A stretch of 57,667 nucleotides of DNA, filler included, from Platydemus manokwari (taxonomy: Eukaryota): assembly GCA_037951405.1 (NCBI GenBank). It is 5 parts of 5 records of this genome, joined end to end, with 100 filler letters (N's around TTAATTAATTAA, not from the genome) between each part and the next. Parts side by side here need not be neighbours in the genome. Positions count along the whole stretch, not along the records: positions 1 to 10,188 come from JBBMOY011159882.1; positions 10,289 to 21,986 come from JBBMOY010514442.1; 3 more parts are not named here. One strand, written 5' to 3'. The notes beneath the pieces are model-generated. The model saw nothing but the letters and a program-made list of their open reading frames with translations, was not told the origin of the DNA and did not search any database. The position numbers and the translations under genes are program-made. This document shows, one piece after another, positions 1 to 10,531 of this stretch (position 1 is its first letter; every line of letters starts with the position of its first letter).

Positions 1-1382
1 CTGTGTACATAATAATGATGACGACATTTTATTTATAATTATTATAATTAATGATAATTTACTTTTAATAACAATAATCGATATTGTGTTGTCATGGAGA
101 TCGATGTGTTTGAAGAAACTGAAAGTAATTGATTACATTTTCAGACTATTTGGATTATTTTTATCATTTTAAAATAAGCAATTTCATTTTTATATTTTAT
201 GAAAGAATAAAATATTATAGAGAAAATCCTTCCAAATCTTATTTTATAAAGACTTCAACGTTAAATTTTATTTTCAAACTGTCAGCTATTTTCATGAATA
301 CAATATCGAATTCTGTTCTCAACAACTCAATAACATATCACACATTTCTATCACAGTATTGGCAATTGTACCAATTTCATTGTCACAATTATTATCATGT
401 GGTTTGCTGTGTTAAAAATCTGGAAAACGTCACGACAGTTTAAAAAAATCCATTACAACAAAGACACGCCCTTTGGTTGTTTGATGTCCTGGCTACATTG
501 AAATTGATTAGACTCACGTTAATTGGACAATCAATGATCATAAGAATCAGAATGTATTGAGCCACAACTAATAGCATTTTAAAAAATTTAATGACTTCTT
601 GCATGTTTTGTTTATGGGAGCTCATGTGGGAAACCATCTACACACATACACACGCACACACACACGTATATAATATTACAGATAATTATAACAATTTATT
701 TGAATTATTTTATAATTTTTTCATCAAAATTATCAATTAGCATTCTATTTGACCGACATCAATAATTATAATAATGAAAAAAAAATTAAATAATAATTAT
801 AAATAAAATAATATTGATAAATAGAATTGATAACATTTTATTTTTAGATTTTTATCCCTCCCATAGAATTGAACACCGTTATTGAATTTTGATATTTGTT
901 CAATTATTGAAATTATTGTTGTTTTGATTTGGAAGCCTTGCTTAATTTTGTTTATATAGATATTTGATATCGTTCAAATTATTGCTTTTCAATATCCATC
1001 ACTATAAAACAACACTGGAATTGCATTTCTGGATCATTTGTTGATGAATACGGTGGAGAAATGATGATTGTATGATTCCATATTATCAATGATGGTCTTC
1101 GAACCGTAACGGAGTCAAATAAACAATCATGATGAGTTTAAAACGTGATTAATATTTTATAAAGCTTGTATTCATGATAAATTTGTTGCACAAAATTTTA
1201 CTAACAGGCTCATTTAAATCCAATGAAATTTATGCTACCTGAACTTGGAATTAATTAATTTGAGATTAAATAAATTCCAACAAAAAGCAAAACAGAGAAT
1301 AAAATTATAAGAATTTAACTGAGAGAACGAGATTTGAAAGTTAAAGCGGAATTGAAATGAAGAGTATTGGCAGTTGAATGAA

Positions 1383-1430
1383 GAGAAGTCAATGAGAAGT
1401 CAATGAGAAGTCAATGAGAAGTCAATGAGA
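1383..1430. repeat. Tandem repeat, 11-bp unit GAGAAGTCAAT x ~4.4
   Basis: Read directly: gagaagtcaat four times, then gaga. Confidence 0.9.
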
Positions 1431-2044
1431 TAAATGAATTTTCGTAAACTGAATTGAAGACATGATATAATTCATCTCAGGTTTGACGTTTTGTGAAATA
1501 TTCAATACCAACGATAAATAATTACTACCAAATGCTTTAGTTTCTCACATAAAACGAAAGAGAATGGCTGGGACTTTTAAATTAGAAATATTATCATGGA
1601 AATAATAACTTGAATTTTAAATTTAATAAAAATATTCATTTAAGTATTTTCATCTCAAAACTTTTCCCGATTATTAACTCACTTAGATTCAACCTTTTTG
1701 CTGGAGAGGAACCCCGTGAAACCCCTGTGCAATAATGTAGCAAGTTTAATTATGTTAAAGTGAGTATATTACTAATAATAAAATAATACAAATAATATTA
1801 CAAACAATAATGAAATAATAATAATAATAATAAAATTGAATTTTGAAATTGAATTTAACATGTTATTTATTTGTTCTTTTTTTTAATTTAGAAATTGCAG
1901 AACCCCTGGAGTGTACTGGCGTAACCTTAAGATTCTGCTGAACACTGGTTGAAAACCATTGACGTAGAATATTGAATAAGTTATGAAATACATGCATTAT
2001 TATACACCATAATTCACTTAAATATCCTAATTCATCTATAGTCA

Positions 2045-2482
2045 TTATTTTCTAATTTGCCTAGTACTAAGATTCATTTTCCTCAGTTCTCTTTGGAATT
2101 GTTTATCTTCATAATTTGTCATAATTTTCAATTGGTTCTGTCGAAACTTTTTCAACAATTCTCTTATAGATGATATTTCGTCCTTTTGCTGTTTATAGCA
2201 AACACGACCACTGACAAACATGGGCATTTCAATGATATGTTCCGTTATTTCATCGCGAAGAGTGGCATCAATTATTTCTTTCTGTCGACGAAACAATGTG
2301 TCTGCGTCCAGTCGTTTCAAAATCTCCTGTTGGACCGGTTGTAAATAATGTATACCGGGTTCATTCGGTGCTGTTGGTTGTCTGGTAGAATAGAACAGAT
2401 CTGTTGGACCGGTTGTACGATGATAAGTCGATTTTATAACTGGGAGAAAATTTTTTTGATACAAATTCTCCTTAAAATTCAT
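2045..2482 (-). CDS. Hypothetical protein (145 aa), basic, helical-looking C-terminus
   Basis: ATG-to-TAA ORF, GC content above the flanks, protein-like composition. No family recognised. Confidence 0.5.
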   Translation of the reverse strand: MNFKENLYQKNFLPVIKSTYHRTTGPTDLFYSTRQPTAPNEPGIHYLQPVQQEILKRLDADTLFRRQKEIIDATLRDEITEHIIEMPMFVSGRVCYKQQKDEISSIRELLKKFRQNQLKIMTNYEDKQFQRELRKMNLSTRQIRK

Positions 2483-5188
2483 TATGGGATAATTATTGAT
2501 TTTATATTATATAATTGATTTATATTTTATGAATGTATTTCATATTCGTAACGGTTGTAATTTATTTCATTCAATTTCTGAAATGAAATCCTTTAATTCG
2601 TGTTCAATCCATGAAAATCATTTTCCTATCTCCATTGTCAATCCAAATCGAATTGGCAGAGGAAAAGTCAAATAAATGAAACAGTATGAGACATATGTAT
2701 TGGATTACTTTTCAATGTTATCGGAAAATTATAATTCATAATGAAGACAATTTCAAATTTTATTTGGCGTTTCTTTGATCGATTACAGAATCAATTCATA
2801 AAATTAAATTTTTGAAAAGAAATTATAAATCTAATTATTTTTATCATTTATTCTCAAAGCATCATTAGGAATGTTTAAAAAAACTGATATTTTAATCTTC
2901 ATTCTTCTATGATTATGTCTAAAAATCGAAATAAAGTGATTCTCTTATGATAGTTTAAAAATTTATTCGTGGAATTATTACTCCATAAAAGAGCACATCG
3001 AAACACTTCCAACATTCTATTTGATCCAAATTACTATTAATTCAATTGTTTGTTTAAATGTTTTCGTAGGCAATTAATTGAAACCTGTCATTGTCAGTGC
3101 CGAATATAAATAAATTATTGTCTCAATGGTAATCAATCAGAAAGGAGTCACCGTCATGGTTTTCTCAAAAAACTGAAATGGATATTTATCTTCTTCCCAA
3201 TCTATCTGATGATGTCATCACATTTTTTTACAATTTTTTTATCAGGTAACTCGCTCTTAAATATACTAAAGTTTTTCTCGGTCGTCAAACAGATAATCTC
3301 TCAAAATTTAATAAAATATATACCACCCACAAAACAATACCTTGATTTAAAGTTCAATTTATTATCGATGTAGTATTCAGTTTTCAAATTTCAGTGATAA
3401 TTTATAAGTAGTGAAGAATTTTGAAATTTCTCGATTTCTGACGGACCTTAACAATTTCATTGTTTACAGATTCAATTTCATAAAATGCTGATATCAATTA
3501 TATTTTATCACAATATGTAATTTACGAATGTGAACTCGTTGTTGCATTTTAAATCAAGCAGTACCATAGAATGATGTCGAGTTAAAGAGTAAAACAATCA
3601 ATTGTCACTTAATGGCTTATATAGATCATTATTTTTCTTAATTCATTCGATTAATGGCTGAATTTCAGAAGTATTTTATATAATTATGATAGCATGACGA
3701 TTAGCCAATTATATAAAAACACGTCAATCAAAGATCACTTCAATTGTTGCTATCATACTGTTCGCACACATTACATACATACAATCAATATTGGTATATT
3801 CATACATTCATAAATTTTATGATATTCGTCTTGGTATTGATTGTTTCCAATATACTTTACCATATTGTATGCAGAGAGTGATTAAATATATCATTAGGCA
3901 GGGAAATTATGATTATATTATGATTATTCTAGAAATTAAAGTTATATATAATTTCTTGATTTTTAAACTTAAATAATATGAAATCTAAAACTAATGATGA
4001 TAGCCGCACAATCTCGATTTTTATTATTTATTATATAAACATGAATGTATTGAGACAACCCAATTTTATTATCAGATCAAGGGTCTAATTTCATGGACTT
4101 CCGATAAGTTTCCGTTCGTAAAATAAATATCTATTTTATAAACATTTTCAACAGAATCTTATGCTTTTTTCCAGTGGTTATATTAGCAAATTGTCAAATT
4201 CGCTCTCTGTTTGTAACATTTTATAGTGTAAATGCTCTTATTTTTATTAAATTTTTCATTGATAATGTTTCAGTATTTGTTATAAACTCCATTTGCTTTT
4301 TCAACCCAAATAAACTAAATCTGGATAGTTTAACATGCTTCATACATCCAAATACCTTTGATGGGCCTATTAACTTCAAATATAGGTTGTGGTCACACAC
4401 ACTCACACACAAACACTCATTGAATTAATGGCAAATTATGATTCATATTATTAGCACGTGATTGGATAATGATTGGATGTCTTACTTCATCAAGATATTT
4501 GAAATTTCATTAACGGATCTCCAATGATGGATAGTGAATGATTATTGTTTTTGGAAATTCAAAATGAGCTTTTATAATGACTGAATTTCATTTATAAGTT
4601 TTCAATAGTAAAAATAAATTGTAAAATAAATCGTATAAAAATATTTTCTTTAAAATATGAACTTTAAAAAGTAATTTGTTATTGACAGAAATAATATTTG
4701 TCGACAGAAATTTCATTAAAATTTCTAAATGTACTTTTAAAGTACAATAAACCCCTATTTATTAGATTATAAAATTTATGAGTTACATTCATAGTAAATG
4801 AAATATAATTAAATATTTTTCCTATTTAACATATCATATATATAAAATGAAATAATTTATATCTTGTAGTTATTTTATTGTAAACCATGTGTTTTTTGAC
4901 AACACAAGAATATCATTTGTAGTCTGACGTATTTTGGTGACATAGTGGCTTCGTTGTAAAGTTCTTACTGTTATTATAATAAGTTTTCCAATAAATATCC
5001 ACTGCTAAAATTGCAATCTTTACTTTTTATAATAAGAGAGCAATAGTCTTCAAGACATTGCTTAACAAAACAAATACAAGAGGATTTATAATTTAATTTT
5101 ATAGACAAGAAAAAAAATCGATTGAACGACAAAGAATAAACACTGACAAAACACATAATCTTTTTAATACAATTTACAACACCAGTTT

Positions 5189-6790
5189 TTAATTCAAATA
5201 ACGATTAACATAATCTTCCAAGCTTTTGAGATTGATATTGGCAATGGTATAGCTAAAATTATTTCGAATTTTTGATTCGCGGCTGTACCAATTTCCAATC
5301 CATTTCCTAAAGTTTCCATCACACGGTAACGGATCGTAATGATCTCCTTTCCATGATCTGATAATCACAGCAATAGTTAATTGAGAATTATCCGAACCGC
5401 TTTTAGACATGGTAATATCTCCATTACTATGATAAGTATATACAACCTTTTCCCAATCAAATCTTCGACATGCCCAAACGTTGATGGAACATCGTAAATT
5501 TAAAAACAAATCTCCACAACTACTCATCGATCGACTTGTAATCATCAAACCACAAACCATGCTGACATGATCGACTTTTAAAGCTACTTCTTTCAAAAAA
5601 TAGTCCTTGTCAAAATTTGTTTTATTGAATTGAGGTAACACCAAATAAGGTCTTTCAAAATAGTTCTCTTCCAATGATTCGGTAATAGGAATTGTCCAAG
5701 CTAGTTCAGCATCGAGCAGAAAATCTTTTATTTCTCGACAACTATCTATACCGAATGCCAGTACCTTGAAAAGCGGAAACGATATTTCGCCATAATTTCT
5801 AAAATTATTCATCACAGTTTCACTTTGAATATTATCGATCAGACCTTTGGCTTTTATTAAATGATTCGTCAAGAAATTCAATACATCATCATAATTCGGT
5901 CTTATCAAAGATTGGATTGATTTAATGAATAAACTGATAAAAGGGTAGATTTTGTCTACCAATTTCGAACTTTTGTGAAACCATAAAATCTTTCCTTGTC
6001 TATGGAGATTTTTTAAACACAAATGAATATCATCAGTAGTTAAAGATAGAACCTGTTTAATGTCAGATAACAGTTTATCTTTCGCTAAATAAATACAAGG
6101 TGATGCTTTGCACATTCTTTCAATTTTATCGATCTCATCTTTGAGATCATCCAAACGAGGAACTGGTGGGAACAGATTCTTATCAATGGCGATATATTCC
6201 AGTTGATCTACAAATGAATGAAAGCTCTCACTCAACGAAATCGTTGGAATGTCGGATAAAATAGTCAGATTTGCATGGCGATATTTTTCTTTTAAACTAG
6301 TTAATAAAGTTGATTTATAAATTTCAAGCTCTTCCATCGTGTCGACTATTTCTTCGTCTTTGTTGATCATATCAGAAATTGGAGACGTATCTCTTGACGT
6401 GATCAATATTAATTGTATAACGCAATTCACAGAATAATCATTTATTATCTCTATCCATTTTTCAATCTTTTTCCCATCATCAATGTTGTCATCGTTGATA
6501 AATAACCAAATCAAACTGTTGTCATCGATGAAATGACGCAATTGCATGGAGTAGTTGTCATGGCAATTGTAATTGACAAAAACAAATGGCACCAAATTTG
6601 GTGACATCCATCTTGTGATGGTGAGATAGTGGAAATCGGTTGAGTGTTTTCTTTTGAGAAATTTATCGATAAACAATTGTTTATGAATATTGTCATCATC
6701 AAGCAACATCACCCGGACAGTTGTTTTCTTTTCCAATTGTTCTATTTTCGTTCGCTGAACAATATAGAGATATCGTTTGTGAAACAAGAT
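5189..6790 (-). CDS. Roco family (MFHAS1-like) protein, last exon: degenerate Roc domain + COR domain
   Basis: 532-aa ORF with a phase-0 acceptor (ttcAAG|ATC at 6791/6790). COR-like segment LKNLHRQGKILWFHKSSKLVDKIY resembles MFHAS1 LSYLHESGKLLYF. Roc-like strand order VRVMLL...ITRW...FVFVNY...LRHFI...IEKWIEII...LILITSRD. Confidence 0.8.
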   Translation of the reverse strand: MLFHKRYLYIVQRTKIEQLEKKTTVRVMLLDDDNIHKQLFIDKFLKRKHSTDFHYLTITRWMSPNLVPFVFVNYNCHDNYSMQLRHFIDDNSLIWLFINDDNIDDGKKIEKWIEIINDYSVNCVIQLILITSRDTSPISDMINKDEEIVDTMEELEIYKSTLLTSLKEKYRHANLTILSDIPTISLSESFHSFVDQLEYIAIDKNLFPPVPRLDDLKDEIDKIERMCKASPCIYLAKDKLLSDIKQVLSLTTDDIHLCLKNLHRQGKILWFHKSSKLVDKIYPFISLFIKSIQSLIRPNYDDVLNFLTNHLIKAKGLIDNIQSETVMNNFRNYGEISFPLFKVLAFGIDSCREIKDFLLDAELAWTIPITESLEENYFERPYLVLPQFNKTNFDKDYFLKEVALKVDHVSMVCGLMITSRSMSSCGDLFLNLRCSINVWACRRFDWEKVVYTYHSNGDITMSKSGSDNSQLTIAVIIRSWKGDHYDPLPCDGNFRKWIGNWYSRESKIRNNFSYTIANINLKSLEDYVNRYLN

Positions 6791-7200
6791 CTTGAATTAA
6801 AATTAATTTATTTTAGAAAATAATATGAAGTGATTTAGAAATTTAGAACAATTTCGGATCATTGAATTCTTATGTATGGCAGTTGTTACATAAGCTGTTT
6901 GTAACTAAATGGATACAGAGTTAAAACGAAATGAAACAATAATGTTTCTTTGATTTAAACAAATAATTTAAAGCGCAGAATCTATTTAAAAGGGATAGCA
7001 TATTAAGTACGCACTTTGGCACCTTAAAAGATGAAACATAATGTAAAATAAAATATTACCATCATACTTAATATATAGTGAATTTAAACAAAATTTTCTC
7101 TAAGTTTATATAATATTTACCCACTATTTATGTTAGTTGATAATATGTACTTTATATTATAATTACAATTAATTATAATTTAAATTATTATTTTTAATTA

Positions 7201-7408
7201 ATTATCACATTGAACCATGATTACCCACCGTACTCATGGCTCAACCTGGAATCCATTACGAATTGAATTTTCATACTCCAGCGGGATTTGTCTTGACGGC
7301 AATAATGTGTCAAAATTTATTGCCTGTCAGCGCTTTAAAATTTCGTCGGGTTATGTGTGATTTTTTAGCCACATAATAGTAATCATGGGTTTTGGATTAT
7401 GTGATGAT
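7201..7408. mobile_element. MITE-like imperfect foldback element in the Roco intron
   Basis: Nested inverted repeats: atcacat/atgtgat, aaccatgattac/gtaatcatgggtt, tggct/agcca, and an inner tgacggcaataa/ttattgcctgtca. No ORF; no TSD identified. Confidence 0.5.
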
Positions 7409-7444
7409 ATAAACGGATGGCTATTTTTTCTAAATTTACTTTAG

Positions 7445-7510
7445 TCATATCTGTCTCTGGTCCGAATAAAGCCCATGGAAGGCCGAAACAGGTCACTATT
7501 CGCAAGACAA
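7445..7510 (+). ncRNA. Degenerate hammerhead ribozyme copy (CUGAUGA box deleted)
   Basis: Direct-repeat homologue of 7561-7635. Retains (a)GCC-catggaa-GGCC-GAAAC and the flanking helices but lacks ~7-8 nt including CTGATG. Confidence 0.6.
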
Positions 7511-7560
7511 AACCACCATCATCATCAGTGCAACTATCGTTCTTGAAGGCTCCGAGACAC

Positions 7561-7620
7561 AGCCTTATAAATCTCTGAACCGAGGTACTGATGAGGCCTA
7601 TGGAAGGCCGAAATAGGATT
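7561..7620 (+). ncRNA. Hammerhead ribozyme (best fold type III)
   Basis: Core CTGATGA 7588-7594; stem II GGCC/GGCC with loop TATGGAA; GAAA 7610-7613. Stem I atctc/gaggt with loop TGAACC. Stem III 7561-7568 pairs with 7613-7620 (one mismatch). NUH triplet ATA 7567-7569. A-A mismatch at the 1.1-2.1 pair. Confidence 0.75.
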
Positions 7621-8285
7621 AATTTTCACAAAAATGTAGTTTTTTAAAAATATTTTACCACTTAACACAGTGAAATTTTATTCTAACCCCACCTCTGTAC
7701 AACTCCTCAATTTGAGGAAATTTTAATTTTCAAGTGAAGACTTATTATTTTATGTGACGAATATTTTATATAAATAGATATTAAATTCTGATGAAGCTAT
7801 AATTTGTTTGACAATTATTTTTCATTGCCAGACAGTGATCTTCATCATCATCTAAATCGGTACAGTCTCTCTTCAACAACATTCCACCCCATCAATTACA
7901 ATTTCATTGATATATCAAGCATTTCTCCAACAATAATTAAAAAAAACAATGACCAATATCTTGCAACCTAGAATTCCGGAACAAATTCTTACCAGTTCTG
8001 TCATTATTATGTGAACAAGTACCAACATATGATTACATTATTATTATTATTATTATTTTCGATTCTAGAACAAAATCCATCAGATTAGTCGGAACTTATT
8101 AATAAACATCAAACAAAACCCAAAAAAGTTATTAACAAAAATCCTCTTTCTGTTCCTATCGTATAAAAATCCCACAATCATTATAGATTTTATTTACGTT
8201 TATGGTAAGCCTTCTGGAGATTAGGTTACGAATTAATAATTCGTAATAAATATATAACTACTACTACAATTTGTCAATAACTTAC

Positions 8286-8888
8286 CCGTAAATAACTATA
8301 AATTAATTCGACATTTGTTGTATTCCAAACATCTCTCGGTGGGAAGTCAATCGGATTATTGAGAAGCCATAATCCGATTCTGGATAATCCCTCATACTTA
8401 TGGGCAATTTTGATATTTTTTATTAAACACAAATCGACGGGAAGTTTCGTGATTTCGTTATTGGTAACATCTAAATTTTCTAATTGTTCCATGTTAATGA
8501 TATTATCCGGTAATTCTTTCATTCTGTTATGGCTTATCTTCAGAGTCTTCAAAGTCTTATTAAAATAATCTGATGGAATGAATAGTTGTTGTATTTTATT
8601 GCAACTGACATCGAGAAATTCCAGAGATTTCATTCGAAAAATATTTTCCGGTAATAATACCAATTGATTCTCCTGCAATGAGAGAACTTTCAGTCTATTC
8701 AATCTCTTAATATCATCAGTTATAGTGGATAACAAGTTGTTTGATAAGTCGAGAATTTCCAATGTATCGACATCTAACAAGCAACTGGGTATTTTGCAGA
8801 AAAAATTACCACGTAAATAAAGCTCTTTAAGATTTTTCGATTGACATCGCTCAAAAATATTCATCTTGCAATTTTCGAGTTCGATTTT
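8286..8888 (-). CDS. Roco family (MFHAS1-like) protein, leucine-rich-repeat exon (upstream exons not located)
   Basis: About 6 LxxLxLxxNxL repeats (LKELYLRGNFF, LEILDLSNNLL, LKVLSLQENQL, LEFLDVSCNKI, LKTLKISHNRM, LENLDVTNNEI), ending in the Roco-typical NPIDFPPRDV...IYSYL cap. Acceptor tttttTAG at 8889 and donor CGG|GTAAG at 8285; phase 0 matches the 6790 exon. Confidence 0.88.
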
Positions 8889-10188
8889 CTAAAAAATGAA
8901 ACACGGTAAAGCCTGTATTCATATTCGAACAAATCAATAGCCTAATGATAACCGTGTCGAGACTTTAAAGTAATTGGGAATGTGTTAACTAGATAAATAT
9001 CAAAAAATATATTTTTTTAGTTGTTACATAAATAATTTGGACTTTTATATTATAAAAGAGATAAATAATCGAATATAAACCATTAGAAAGGTTTGGCGTA
9101 TATTTCTATAAGTTTAATTTATGATTTGAACTAGAATTTATTTTAATACGACCATTTTCAACTGTGTTGTAAGAAAAATGTCATAGAACATTCTAAAGCA
9201 CAAATCATAGATGGAAGATACTAATAAATCGAAAAATATCCTTTATTAAAAATGGGTATATTTTAAAATGAGAAGAAAGAAAATTTTTAGAAAGGAAAAC
9301 TTGTTTCTTGGATCTAGTTATCCACTAATAAATAATATCGAATGAATGAATTAAGTCAGACAGTATTTCAATAAATAAAGTTAGTCATGGTTATGTTTTC
9401 GATTATTCTAATTCTAATAATGCATGAATATATTTTTAGATAATTTTTTATAATCAATAACTATCTTGTGTTGATTTAAATTAAAAAGTAATTAAATTGA
9501 ATACACGTTTTAAAATTAAATTTGTATTTAATTCGATGAAATAACAGCAATTATATTTGCTAAATATGGCACAGTGGATGATAATAGGGGAGAAAAGACA
9601 AATAATAATGATGAAGAAACCAAAACCGGAACTAATAGTCATTAAACAAAAGTGTCCGGTAAAATTGAAGTTCCACTTAATTAGTTCATTGAAATTTATT
9701 AAAGCTGTACACCATTAATCAAATATCAATGCAAATTTAGCTGATAAATTATAAAACACTTTGAAAGGTGTCTATATCAATAGCAAATAGGTAGCCTAAA
9801 TGAAAATTTGGTTATCACATAATTATCCAGAAAGGGGCATTGAGGTAGATTATTAGTGGATTATTATGTTTTATAAATCTTTAACAAATTTTAAAATCAC
9901 CATTGAAATAATCTGGTTAAATTTGGTTGGCTAGAACAATAGATAAATTATGTGAGTCACAATAAATCTTTATATAATTTATAAGGAGTGGCTGATTGAC
10001 AGTTCTGATTGAACTCATTATATTTGATGAAACTAAAATGTCTTATTGGTTGTATTTAGTTCGATTTTCAATTAGTTTTTTTTATTAGTGTCTGTTGAAT
10101 TTAATTATTTTATAAAACTCGATCAATATTCAATTACTATCAAAATTTTTATGCAGAGGATAATTTGAAATTATTCAAATTTGAATAT

Positions 10189-10288
10189 NNNNNNNNNNNN
10201 NNNNNNNNNNNNNNNNNNNNNNNNNNNNNNNNTTAATTAATTAANNNNNNNNNNNNNNNNNNNNNNNNNNNNNNNNNNNNNNNNNNNN
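10189..10288. other. Artificial scaffold gap linker (44N-TTAATTAATTAA-44N)
   Basis: The same 100-nt construct occurs four times; the 12-mer puts stop codons in all six frames. Confidence 0.97.
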
Positions 10289-10500
10289 AACTGGATTTAT
10301 AATTATTAAAATTTAAATTAAAAACTCAAATAATCATATGATTAGAATAGGAGCTTGGTTTTAAAACTGTTTTGTTAATTTTAAACATCCTAAAAATTGA
10401 GATATTATCTGAATTATACGAATAAATCAATCATCACAATAATAGATAAAATTAAATTATAAAATTACGTCATAAGCGAAAATTCATTATTACGAAAGTA

Positions 10501-10531
10501 GGTGAAAGGACTCTTTTTCTTAACTTAAGCC
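10501..10531 (-). repeat. Dispersed repeat GGCTTAAGTTAAGAAAAAG(A/G)GTCCTTT, probable DNA-transposon end motif
   Basis: Reverse complement of the motif at 24141 and 28646. Confidence 0.65.

Noticed and set aside
7490-7535. Minus-strand CTGATGA between the hammerheads (ambisense, viroid-like ribozyme?)
   Set aside because: Part of a (CAT)n run; no proper stem II, and GAAT instead of GAAA.
10233-10244. Recurrent palindrome TTAATTAATTAA (also 22031, 37769, 48584)
   Set aside because: Always centred in 44+44 N, so it is an assembly linker, not biology. Adjacency across these gaps is unverified.
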